A DNA stretch of 36,846 bases, from the IMG/VR virus record IMGVR_UViG_3300012680_000005, positions 1 to 36,846 of that record. One strand, written 5' to 3'. The DNA comes from a virus (lineage: Duplodnaviria > Caudoviricetes). The notes beneath the pieces were generated by a model that searched no databases, was not told where the DNA came from, and saw only the letters and a list, made by a program, of their open reading frames with translations. A program made the translations under genes and the position numbers. Positions 15,593 to 23,904 of the stretch are shown here, piece by piece (positions within the stretch are counted from its first letter, which is position 1; each line of letters begins with the position of its first letter).

Positions 15593-16537
15593 ATGGCCCT
15601 AACCCTGGCGGAAGCCGCCAAGCTGTCCCAGAACGACCTGCAGGTCGGGGTCCTCGAGACCTTCGTGCAGGTCTCACCGGTCCTCGACCGGTTGCCGCTC
15701 ATCACCATCAACGGCAACGCCTTCGCCTACAACGAGGAGGCCACCCTCCCCGGCGTGGAGTTCCGAGCGGTGAACGCCGCCTACGCCGAGTCCACGGGCA
15801 CGATCAACCAGAAGACCGAGTCGCTGGTGATCCTCGGCGGCGACGCCGACGTGGACACCTTCATCGAGCGCACCCGGTCCAACCTGCAGGACCAGCGCGC
15901 GGTGGTGACGGCCGGCAAGGTGAAGGCGGCGTCCTACAAGTTCCAGGACACCTTCGTCAACGGCGACGTCGCCGTCGACGCCAACAGCTTCGACGGCCTG
16001 AAGAAGCGCCTCACCGGCACCCAGGTCCTCGACGCCGCCACCAACGGCCTGGCCGTGGTGGGCGCCGACGACATCGCTCGCCAGAACTTCTTCGACCAGC
16101 TCGACGCCCTCATTGCCGCCGTCCCCGGCGGCCCCGACGCCCTCTACATGAACAGCGCCATCCGCTCGAAGATCGGCTCGAGCGCCCGACGCCTCACCAT
16201 CTCGGGCACCCCCCGGGAGCAGTTCGGGAAGAGCTTCCCGACTTACAACGACATCCCGCTGATCGACATCGGGAACAAGGCCGACGGCACCGCCATCATC
16301 CCCCAGACCGAGGTGCAGGGGACATCCGGCGCCACGGCTTCGTCGATCTACGCCGTGCGCTTCGGCCAGGACGAGGGCGACCAAGCCGTCACCGGCCTGA
16401 CCAACGGGGGCGTGCAGGTCAAGGACCTCGGGGAGATCGACGCCAAGCCCGTCTACCGCACCCGCCTCGAGTTCTTCTGCGGCCTCGCCGTCTTCGGCAA
16501 GGGCGCCGCTCGCCTGCGCGGCGTTCTCAATAGCTGA
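15593..16537 (+). CDS. Major capsid protein
   Basis: AAGGAG RBS; 'MALTLAEAAKLS...SPVLDRLP...GNAFAYNEE..LP..EFRAVN', 'FDGLKKRL' and 'AARLRGV'. Confidence 0.9.
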   Translation: MALTLAEAAKLSQNDLQVGVLETFVQVSPVLDRLPLITINGNAFAYNEEATLPGVEFRAVNAAYAESTGTINQKTESLVILGGDADVDTFIERTRSNLQDQRAVVTAGKVKAASYKFQDTFVNGDVAVDANSFDGLKKRLTGTQVLDAATNGLAVVGADDIARQNFFDQLDALIAAVPGGPDALYMNSAIRSKIGSSARRLTISGTPREQFGKSFPTYNDIPLIDIGNKADGTAIIPQTEVQGTSGATASSIYAVRFGQDEGDQAVTGLTNGGVQVKDLGEIDAKPVYRTRLEFFCGLAVFGKGAARLRGVLNS

Positions 16538-16734
16538 TGGCAGCAGCGCCGAGCACCGTCGACACTGCCCTCGCCACGGCACCCGACCTGGCGACGGCTC
16601 TGGCACCACGTCACCACCTCGACGGCTGCCCTGCGGGCCGTATCGAGCGCATCACCACCGAGACCCCGCACGGGGTCGTGCAACTCGTCCGCTGCGTCGA
16701 CTGCGGCGGCTTCACCACCACCAAGGAGACCTGA
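16537..16734 (+). CDS. Hypothetical protein
   Basis: TGATG coupling on both sides. Confidence 0.6.
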   Translation: MAAAPSTVDTALATAPDLATALAPRHHLDGCPAGRIERITTETPHGVVQLVRCVDCGGFTTTKET

Positions 16735-17072
16735 TGGCCGAGAAGGACCAGAACACTGCCAGCACCTCGCAGAACGCCAAGCTGAAGCACTCCGAGGGCG
16801 GGGTCACGACCCGCGAGGACGTCACCGACCTCGGTGTGCCCATGCTGGCCGGCGACCCCACCGAGTCCCAGGGCCCGGAAGACGCCCTCGGCGCCGGCCC
16901 CAAGCGCGGGGACTACTCCGGCCGCGTCGGTGACGCCTACTACCAGCCTCACCAGGTCGTGCCCAACCCCGACGCCAAGGAGGGCGAGCCCACCGTCAAG
17001 GTGCTCGACCAGCGGACCCACGTCGGCGAGGTCGGCGACGAGAAGGGCGAGAAGGGCGGCGTCACCACTTGA
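16734..17072 (+). CDS. Hypothetical virion-associated protein
   Basis: AAGGAG RBS; follows the capsid gene. Confidence 0.7.
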   Translation: MAEKDQNTASTSQNAKLKHSEGGVTTREDVTDLGVPMLAGDPTESQGPEDALGAGPKRGDYSGRVGDAYYQPHQVVPNPDAKEGEPTVKVLDQRTHVGEVGDEKGEKGGVTT

Positions 17073-17419
17073 CCGAGGCCGAGGCGCGCGCCGACATCGA
17101 GCGGATGACGGCGTTCAGTGCCGAGCCCGCGCTGACGACGGCGGAAGTCGGCCGCTTGGTCGCCCTCGCCAAGCGCGTCGACGCCGCCGGCCTCAAGCCA
17201 GGCACCGTCGGGTGGACGCCGACCTGGGACCGCTACGCCAGCGTCGCCGAGGGGTGGCGCTGGAAGGCAGCCAAGGTCGCCGGCCAGTTCTCGTTCTCGG
17301 CCGACGGCGGCCGCATCGACAAGGCTGAGATCCGTCGGGCCTGCCTCGAGATGGCGCAGCACTACAGCGCGCGTCGCTACGGCTCACCCCAGCTCGGGCT
17401 GCGCAGCGAGACGGTGTGA
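17069..17419 (+). CDS. Head-to-tail adaptor-like protein
   Basis: Position, size and 'WRWKAAKVAGQFSFSADG'. Confidence 0.65.
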   Translation: MTEAEARADIERMTAFSAEPALTTAEVGRLVALAKRVDAAGLKPGTVGWTPTWDRYASVAEGWRWKAAKVAGQFSFSADGGRIDKAEIRRACLEMAQHYSARRYGSPQLGLRSETV

Positions 17420-17571
17420 CCCTCGAAGGCGCCGTCGTGGCCGAGCTGCAGCGCCAGGCCGACGACCTGCGGGCCGAGCTCAGGGCGCAACAGGCCCGGA
17501 TCCGTCGCCTCGAGGTCGGCCTCGAGGCCCTCCATGACTACGTGACCCCCAGGAGCGTGAGCCCGTGCTGA
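17416..17571 (+). CDS. Small coiled-coil protein
   Basis: GTGA-coupled 51-aa ORF 'MTLEGAVVAELQRQADDLRAEL...'. Confidence 0.5.
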   Translation: MTLEGAVVAELQRQADDLRAELRAQQARIRRLEVGLEALHDYVTPRSVSPC

Positions 17572-18269
17572 GCAGCACAACGCGACCGAGCGGCGAGGTG
17601 AGCTTCCGGGTCATCCGGGGCGGGCGCCAGGCCGCCTTCACCCCGCCGGGCAAGGCGTACCTGAGCCTGGCTGAGGTGACCCGCTACGGCTGCCCCCAGC
17701 GGGGCCTGCCCGACGAGGTCAATGACTTCCGCCGGCGCAACCTGGTCAACCTGCGCCGGGGCCTGTGGACGGCGCTGCTCGCGCACCGCCTGGGGATCCC
17801 CGCCCTCACCGGCCGCCTGTGGGGCTCGGTGCGCCGGGCCGACGGATCGGTCGTCGACCTCGGGCTGATGAGCCAGCGGGTGGTCACCACGGCCGGCGTG
17901 AACTTCCTCGTCGACGCCTGGCAGAACCTGGTCGAGCTCGAGACCATGAAGTACCACGCCCTGGGGACCGGCTCCACCGCCGAGGCGGTGGGCAACACGG
18001 CGCTGGTGACCGAACTCACGACGCAGTACTCGGTCGACAACACCCGCCCCACGGGCACCCTGGCCGAGGGGGCGGCGGCCAACGTGTTCCGCTCGGTCGG
18101 AACGGTCACCGTCGATGCTGCGGTAGCAGCCACCGAGCACGGGCTCCTCAGTGCCGCCGCCGCCGGAACCGGGGTCCTGTGGGACCGGTCGGTCTTCGCC
18201 GTGGTCAACCTGGGTTCGGGCGACTCTTTCGAGATCACCTACGACGCGACCTTCGCCGCCGGTTCGTAG
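17565..18269 (+). CDS. Virion structural protein (beta-rich)
   Basis: 'VVTTAGVNFLVD...YHALGTGSTAE...TAL..EL...TEHGL...LWDRSVF.VVN' pattern seen in phage structural proteins. Confidence 0.7.
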   Translation: MLSSTTRPSGEVSFRVIRGGRQAAFTPPGKAYLSLAEVTRYGCPQRGLPDEVNDFRRRNLVNLRRGLWTALLAHRLGIPALTGRLWGSVRRADGSVVDLGLMSQRVVTTAGVNFLVDAWQNLVELETMKYHALGTGSTAEAVGNTALVTELTTQYSVDNTRPTGTLAEGAAANVFRSVGTVTVDAAVAATEHGLLSAAAAGTGVLWDRSVFAVVNLGSGDSFEITYDATFAAGS

Positions 18270-18356
18270 TTGGAGGGTTACCAATGCATGGACTGCGGAT
18301 CAACGAACGTGCAGGCGGTCGTCCTGTCCTGACCTTCGCCGCCGGCGACTGAGCCG

Positions 18357-18758
18357 GTGGCCCTCACCGTCACCCGCCTGACCTCGCCCACCGCCGCCGA
18401 CCTCGACGGGCTCGCCGCTTTCGGCCAGGCCCTCGCCGCCGCCCATCCCAACTGGAGCTGCGACCCCGACGCCGGGGTGGCGCCCGACCGGGACATGCTT
18501 GACCGGCTGGCGGCGGCCATGACGCTGGTGGTGGCCCGGGACGGGCCCGACATCGCCGGCTTCGCCGCCGTGCGCGACGACGGCACGATCAAGTGGCTGG
18601 TGGTCGACCCCGGTCGCCTCGCCGCCGCGCTGGGCATCCTCCAGGCGGTGCGGACCCGCTCGGGCGAGGCCAAGGGCAAGGTCCGGGCTGGCGCCGTGCG
18701 AGACGCCCTCGTGGCCCAGGGCTGCACCGCCGCCGGCGAGCGCCTGACCTTCCGGTAG
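18357..18758 (+). CDS. Hypothetical protein
   Basis: GC3-rich ORF filling the gap in the structural operon. Confidence 0.6.
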   Translation: MALTVTRLTSPTAADLDGLAAFGQALAAAHPNWSCDPDAGVAPDRDMLDRLAAAMTLVVARDGPDIAGFAAVRDDGTIKWLVVDPGRLAAALGILQAVRTRSGEAKGKVRAGAVRDALVAQGCTAAGERLTFR

Positions 18759-18766
18759 GGGGCCCA

Positions 18767-19786
18767 ATGCCGACGGCCAACCTGCAAGTCAGCGCCTCAG
18801 CGGGCGATGCTCACGAGAAGGCCGACGGGACCGGGTTCGCCTCGACCTTCACCGAGCTCTTCCTGGACTCCAACAGCGCCGCTGCCAGCCGCTACAACGG
18901 CGGCCTCCGTTTCGCCAGCGTGGCCATCCCCTTCGGTGCCCGCATCGACTCGGCCACCCTGGAGTGGTACGTCAAGGACAACAAGACCGACAGCTTCGAC
19001 GTCGACGTCTACGGCCAGGCGGTCGACAACGCCTCGGACTTCGCGACTGACGCCGACGTCACCAGCCGCACCCCCCTCACCACTGCCACCGTGGGCTACT
19101 CGGCGGTGGACGTGGCTGTTGGTTGGGCGACGGTGGGCGACGCCAAGGCCATTGTGTCAGAGCTCGTCAGCCGGGCCGGGTGGGCGTCGGGCAACGCCAT
19201 CGTCCTCATCGTCAAGGGACGTACGGGAACCAACCGCGCCGGCAACGTCCGCAGCTACGACTACTCGGGCAACACCTTCGGCCCCAAGCTGACCGTTGTC
19301 TGGACGGCGGCCAAGACCCTGTCCGGCTCGGTCGGCCCCGCCGGCGCGGTTGTCAAGCGGACCCGTCGCAGCGTGGCCGGCTCGGTCGGCCCCGCCGGCA
19401 CAGCGGTCCGACTGACCCGACGGGTGCTCACCGGGGCCCTGACGCCGGTTGGGGCAATCGTGCGCAAGCCACAGCGCACGCTGGCCGGCACCGTCACCCC
19501 GGTCGGAGACATCCCCCCCCGACGGCTCTTCCGCACCCTGACCGGCACGGTGACCCCGGCTGGCACGAAGCAGGTCCGCCTGTCCCGGCGCCTCACGGCG
19601 ACGCTCACCCCGGTCGGGAACCTCGTCCTCGGCGCCCTCGGCCAGATCTTCGGCGCCCGGGCCTGTGCCACCCAGACCGTCAGTCCAACCGCCCTGGCCA
19701 TCCAGGTCATCGAGGAGCGCCAAATGGCCACGATGACCCTCGCCCAGACGGGCCGGGCCCGCCAGACCCTGGAGGCCTGCGCATGA
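18767..19786 (+). CDS. Structural protein: DNRLRE-like beta-sandwich domain plus about six 18-aa repeats
   Basis: 'GLRFASVAIPFGARIDSATL', 'IVSELVSRAGWASGNAIVLI' and 'PKLTVVW'; then RxLxGxxxPxG repeats. Confidence 0.65.
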   Translation: MPTANLQVSASAGDAHEKADGTGFASTFTELFLDSNSAAASRYNGGLRFASVAIPFGARIDSATLEWYVKDNKTDSFDVDVYGQAVDNASDFATDADVTSRTPLTTATVGYSAVDVAVGWATVGDAKAIVSELVSRAGWASGNAIVLIVKGRTGTNRAGNVRSYDYSGNTFGPKLTVVWTAAKTLSGSVGPAGAVVKRTRRSVAGSVGPAGTAVRLTRRVLTGALTPVGAIVRKPQRTLAGTVTPVGDIPPRRLFRTLTGTVTPAGTKQVRLSRRLTATLTPVGNLVLGALGQIFGARACATQTVSPTALAIQVIEERQMATMTLAQTGRARQTLEACA

Positions 19787-20079
19787 GCTCGGCCACCCTG
19801 CTCGGCACCTACCTCGTCGGCCAGCGCCTCACGAGCCGCTGCCAGTTCGACCTGTCGGGCGTCCTCACCGACCCGACCAGCATCACCTGCCAGATCAAGG
19901 CGCCGGGCGGCACCGTCACCCCGTACATCCCCCCCGCCGTGGTCAAGGAGTCGACGGGGATCTACGTCCTCGACTGGACGCCCAACGCGGCGGGCACCTG
20001 GGTCGTCAAGTGGACCGCCACCGGCAACGTCGAAGCGGTGGACGAAGGCCAGGTCATAGCCGTTGCCTCGCTCATCTGA
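19783..20079 (+). CDS. Small Ig-like structural protein
   Basis: 'LTDPTSITCQIKAPGG...KESTGIY...AGTWVVKW..TG'. Confidence 0.65.
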   Translation: MSSATLLGTYLVGQRLTSRCQFDLSGVLTDPTSITCQIKAPGGTVTPYIPPAVVKESTGIYVLDWTPNAAGTWVVKWTATGNVEAVDEGQVIAVASLI

Positions 20080-20093
20080 GAAAGGACCAACCC

Positions 20094-20384
20094 ATGCCCG
20101 AGAAGTCCGCCCCGCCCGTCGTCGACCCGGTCGGCAACCCTCCGGCGTCCCCTCCCGCCTCGGAGGCCCCGGCCGTGTCGGCGGCGACCAGCGCAGGCCG
20201 GCCGGCCAAGAAGGCGCCAGCCAAGAAGGCCGCCGCCAAGCGCACCGGCGCCACGTCGAGTGGCCTGCACGACGGACCCGAGCGGGAGGCCCCGGTGCGC
20301 CCCACCCCCGAGGAGCGCCCTTACGCCGAGGCCATCACCAAGGAGCACCGGGAGTTCCTGAAGGCCGAGGGAGTCGAGCTCTGA
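20094..20384 (+). CDS. Low-complexity Pro/Ala/Lys-rich protein
   Basis: GAAAGGA RBS; 'PAKKAPAKKAAAKR'. Confidence 0.65.
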   Translation: MPEKSAPPVVDPVGNPPASPPASEAPAVSAATSAGRPAKKAPAKKAAAKRTGATSSGLHDGPEREAPVRPTPEERPYAEAITKEHREFLKAEGVEL

Positions 20385-20385
20385 C

Positions 20386-20748
20386 ATGGCCCTGTCCGCC
20401 GGCGAGCTCGCATCCATGCAAGCTACCCAGCGCCAGCTGCTCCCCGACGTGGCCACCATCTCGGACTTCGCGGTGGTGGCCGACGACTACGGCGGAGTGA
20501 CCGAGGGCTGGACGGCGCGGGCGGGCACCTTCCCGGCCCGGCTGGGCTCGGTGGATGACCGGGCCATGACCGTCTTCGCCGGCCGTCTCCAGGGCAAGGC
20601 CGCCCACACCGTCACCCTCGAGGCGCTGACCCCCATCGACGAGCGGGATCGCATCACCCTCGCCGGCGCCACCTACGCCGTGGTGGCCGTCCTGGCCCCG
20701 GCCAGCTGGGAGTCCGCCCGGCGGGTGCTCGTGACCCAGGAGGGCTGA
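20386..20748 (+). CDS. Head closure/stopper protein (SPP1 gp16-like)
   Basis: 'DDYGG....W' and 'IDERDRITLAGATYAV'. Confidence 0.75.
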   Translation: MALSAGELASMQATQRQLLPDVATISDFAVVADDYGGVTEGWTARAGTFPARLGSVDDRAMTVFAGRLQGKAAHTVTLEALTPIDERDRITLAGATYAVVAVLAPASWESARRVLVTQEG

Positions 20749-20751
20749 GAC

Positions 20752-21081
20752 GTGCTCATCGGCAGCGTCAGGACGATCTTCAACCGGCTCCCCGAGATGA
20801 TGGTGCGGCTTCCGGTCGAGGCCGGGGGGGCCGTGAACGAGACCGCCGAGGCCGTCGCCTCCGCCGCCCAGTCGAATGCGCCGGTCGACACCGGCGCCCT
20901 GCGCGCGTCGATCGACGTGACGAAGACCGGCAGCACCGCGGCGCAGGTCACCACCGGTGTCGACTACGCCATCTACCAGGAGTACGGCACCTACAAGATG
21001 CCGGCGCATCCCTTCATGACCCCAGCGGCCGAGGCCGAGCGGGGCCGCTACCTGTCCCGCTTCCAGAACCTCCTGCAGTAG
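20752..21081 (+). CDS. Neck protein, HK97 gp10 family
   Basis: 'APVDTGALRASI' and 'YAIYQEYGTYKMPAHPFMTPA'. Confidence 0.9.
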   Translation: MLIGSVRTIFNRLPEMMVRLPVEAGGAVNETAEAVASAAQSNAPVDTGALRASIDVTKTGSTAAQVTTGVDYAIYQEYGTYKMPAHPFMTPAAEAERGRYLSRFQNLLQ

Positions 21082-21503
21082 TGCTCGAGACGCTGCGAGT
21101 CGAGCAGTGGCTTGTGGCTCGTCTGAAGGCTGACGCCACCCTCAACACCGCCGTCGGAGGACGGGTCTACGGCTACGTGGCTCCAGCGGGGACGGCGTTC
21201 CCCTACGTGCTGTTCTTTCTCTCGGGCGGCCATGACGTCATCGGCGTCGGGCCCGCACGGATCATGGTGGACGCCGTCTACACCGTGAAGGCCGTCGGCC
21301 AGGCGGGCTCGCCGGCCACGTTGGCGCCCATCGTCGACCGCATCGACGCCGTGCTGCACGGCTCGACCGGGGGGGTAGCCGGTGGCGACGGCCTCGTGCT
21401 CGCCGCCATGCGGGAGACGCCGGTCACCTACGTCGAGGTGGCCGACGGCATGCAGTACCGACACGTGGGAGCCATGTTCAGGATTTGGAGTCAGGGCTTG
21501 TAG
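21081..21503 (+). CDS. Tail terminator (DUF3168-like)
   Basis: 'LKADATLNTAVGGRVY..VAP....FPYV' and 'IVDRIDAVLH'. Confidence 0.85.
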   Translation: MLETLRVEQWLVARLKADATLNTAVGGRVYGYVAPAGTAFPYVLFFLSGGHDVIGVGPARIMVDAVYTVKAVGQAGSPATLAPIVDRIDAVLHGSTGGVAGGDGLVLAAMRETPVTYVEVADGMQYRHVGAMFRIWSQGL

Positions 21504-21578
21504 CCACCCCCGCTCCCCATCCCACCGAGCCGACCAGCGAGGCGCCGTCGCGCGCCCCACCATGAAGGAGTCAGCCAA

Positions 21579-22583
21579 ATGCCTGAGAGGCAATCCGTTA
21601 CCCAGGGTGTCCAGATTGGTACAGAGACGGTGCAGGGCACGGCCGTCGCGGCCAACAAGCGACTCCAGGCGCTGTCGATCAGCCCCGCCATCAAGACCGA
21701 CTACCGGACCTTCCGGCCGGTCGGGCAGAAGGACCCGTCACTCGTCACCCTGGGCAAGGAATGGGTCGAAGCCGATCTGAGCGGCGAGGGCAACTACTCA
21801 GAGCTGCAGTACCCCCTCGCCAGCGTCGTCGCCACGCCGACCATCACCAACGTCATGGACGCGGCCATCGACACCCTGGCCAGGAAGTGGGTCTTCGACT
21901 CCTCCAGCGTCGGCATCGACACGGTGAAGAGCTTCACGGTGGAGCAGGGCGACACGACCCGGGCCCACCGCTTCGCCTACGGCATCGTCAGCGAGTTCGG
22001 GCTCAAGTTCAGTCGAGACGGCGTGGAGTCCAGCGGCATGATGCTGGGCCGGGAGCTGCAGGACGGGGTGACCCTGACGCCGACGCCGACGAGCATCCCG
22101 ATCGTCCCCATGCTCGGCAAGCAGATCGACGTCTACATCGACTCCACCTCGGCCGCGCTTGGGACGACGAAGCTGGGCCGTCTGCTCAGCGGAGAGTTCA
22201 GCATCGGTGACCGCTTCGCCCCGCTGTTCGTCGTCGACTCCGCCAACCCGTCCTGGGTGGCGCACCTCGAGACCGAGCGCAAGATCGAGCTGAAGTTGCG
22301 CATGGAGGCCGACACCGCGGGCATGGCCCTGCTGGTGCCGGCGCGGGACAACACGACGCGGTTCTTGCGGCTCAAGGCCACCGGCGCGCGCATCTACACC
22401 AACGGCGCCGTCATCGTCGACCACAGCCTGAGCATTGACGTGGCCGGCAAGATCAGCGACGTCGGCGAGCTCAGCGACGAGGACGGCGTCTTCGCCGTCG
22501 AGTGGACCTTCACCAGCGTGTACGACGCGGCCTGGACGCGCGCCTTCAAGGCCGAGCTCGTGAACCTGGCGACGGCGCTTTAG
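21579..22583 (+). CDS. Major tail tube protein
   Basis: AAGGAG RBS; 'VQIGTETVQGTAVAA' and 'SFTVEQG'; position before the chaperone and tape measure genes. Confidence 0.85.
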   Translation: MPERQSVTQGVQIGTETVQGTAVAANKRLQALSISPAIKTDYRTFRPVGQKDPSLVTLGKEWVEADLSGEGNYSELQYPLASVVATPTITNVMDAAIDTLARKWVFDSSSVGIDTVKSFTVEQGDTTRAHRFAYGIVSEFGLKFSRDGVESSGMMLGRELQDGVTLTPTPTSIPIVPMLGKQIDVYIDSTSAALGTTKLGRLLSGEFSIGDRFAPLFVVDSANPSWVAHLETERKIELKLRMEADTAGMALLVPARDNTTRFLRLKATGARIYTNGAVIVDHSLSIDVAGKISDVGELSDEDGVFAVEWTFTSVYDAAWTRAFKAELVNLATAL

Positions 22584-22607
22584 AGTTTATAATCCGCTAA
22601 CCGGGAC

Positions 22608-22613
22608 TAGAAT
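22608..22613 (+). promoter_or_regulatory. Putative -10 box (TAGAAT) for leaderless expression of the endonuclease; a second TATAAT at 22588-22593
   Basis: 6 nt upstream of GTG 22620, in an AT-rich patch. Confidence 0.55.
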
Positions 22614-22619
22614 CGTGAG

Positions 22620-23303
22620 GTGCATACAACTTGCTGCCGCTGCAAGGGCCCGCTCGATGAGCCCTACCCCCGTGCACGTTGGTGCCGAGCATGTCAGCGT
22701 GAGAAGTGGCGTGCCAACTACGCCGACCGGTCTCGTACCCCTGAGTTTCGGGCGAAGGTCAACGCTCGATTGCGCGAAAAGCGCAAGGACCCGGAATGGC
22801 GGAAGCGCGCCAACCGACAGGCGGCAGCCAAGCGCTACGGCCTGACCCTGGCGCAGTACGCAGCTCTGCTAGCCGAAGCCGAGCGAACTGGGTGTGCGAT
22901 CTGTGGTGGCGCGTTCGCTGAAGCCGGCGGGCGTGGCGATGGCTACTACCTCGACCATTGTCACTCCTCAGGGCGAGTGCGAGGGGTGCTGTGCTGTAAC
23001 TGCAATCTCGCCTTGGGCATGTTTCGAGACTCGCCGACGCTGCTCTTGCGAGCTCACGAGTACCTCATGGGCGACCCGGCCAGGCTTCATGCCTTTCTTA
23101 AGCAAGCCGAGGCTGCGGCCCCGCCTCCCAAGCGCAAGCCAAAGCCGGTTCATTGCCCCACAGGACATCCGTACCAGGGTGACAACCTCTACATCGACCC
23201 GAAGGGCGCAATGGTGTGCCGGGAGTGCATGCGCCTCGCACAACGTCCGGGGTCGGTGCGGCAGATTCCATTCAAGCCCCGGCCTCGTCGTCGCGCCAAC
23301 TAA
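22620..23303 (+). CDS. Endonuclease VII-like (His-Me finger) free-standing homing endonuclease
   Basis: 'RYGLT..QY..L.....CAIC...LDHCHSSGRVRGVLC..CNLALG.FRD' plus C-terminal 'HCPTGHPY..DNLY....CREC'; atypical codon usage. Confidence 0.88.
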   Translation: MHTTCCRCKGPLDEPYPRARWCRACQREKWRANYADRSRTPEFRAKVNARLREKRKDPEWRKRANRQAAAKRYGLTLAQYAALLAEAERTGCAICGGAFAEAGGRGDGYYLDHCHSSGRVRGVLCCNCNLALGMFRDSPTLLLRAHEYLMGDPARLHAFLKQAEAAAPPPKRKPKPVHCPTGHPYQGDNLYIDPKGAMVCRECMRLAQRPGSVRQIPFKPRPRRRAN

Positions 23304-23347
23304 CGGAATCAGGCAGCTCTGATGCAACACAACGGGAGGAGACACGA

Positions 23348-23713
23348 ATGGGCCTGAAGCTCAGCGACGTCCGGCGCGAGGAGCGCACCGCCACCATCGA
23401 CTTCGGCTACGGCGAGCTCACGGTGACCTACCGTCCCAACGTCTACACGCCCGCCATGGTGTCGGAGATGGCCGCGGTGGACACCGACTCGGACAACGCC
23501 GCGATCCGCTCCCAGAACCAGTCGTTCATCCGCCAGATGACCGAGCTGCTCGTGAGCTGGGACCTCATCGACGACGACGGCGAGGTCGTGCCCATCGACG
23601 CCACCGACGATGCCTTCCTCAGCGTGCCCTTCCCGATCTTCCGCGCGGTCATGGTCCACATCGGCGAGGACAACCGCCCGGGGAAAGCGCGAAGCTCCTC
23701 GGGCGCTGGCTAG
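23348..23713 (+). CDS. Tail assembly chaperone (G)
   Basis: GGAGGAG RBS; 'LLVSWDLIDDDGEVVP'; located before the tape measure gene. Confidence 0.85.
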   Translation: MGLKLSDVRREERTATIDFGYGELTVTYRPNVYTPAMVSEMAAVDTDSDNAAIRSQNQSFIRQMTELLVSWDLIDDDGEVVPIDATDDAFLSVPFPIFRAVMVHIGEDNRPGKARSSSGAG

Positions 23714-23901
23714 CAACCGACGGCGACGTCGGCGAGTGCCCCGAGTGGTACGAGCTGCTCAGCGCCGCCCGCTACCTGAACGTCGCGCCGTGGGAGCTGG
23801 CTGACCGTCCGATGTTCTGGGTCGAGCACGCCTTCGCCGCCATGAACGCCGAGGGCAAGGCCCGCGAGCAAGCCGAGCGACGAGCAGCGAAGCGGAGGTG
23901 A
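23680..23901 (+). CDS. Tail assembly chaperone extension (GT) via -1 frameshift
   Basis: Slippery CCG-GGG-AAA at 23678-23686. The -1 frame is open to TGA 23899-23901: 'GESAKLLGRWLATDG...AARYLNVAPWEL...'. Confidence 0.8.
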   Translation, partial: GESAKLLGRWLATDGDVGECPEWYELLSAARYLNVAPWELADRPMFWVEHAFAAMNAEGKAREQAERRAAKRR

Positions 23902-23904
23902 GAC

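Noticed and set aside
21504-21560. C-rich intergenic stretch with ACC/GCC triplets as a second guide array
   Set aside because: Only two consecutive units keep period 5.
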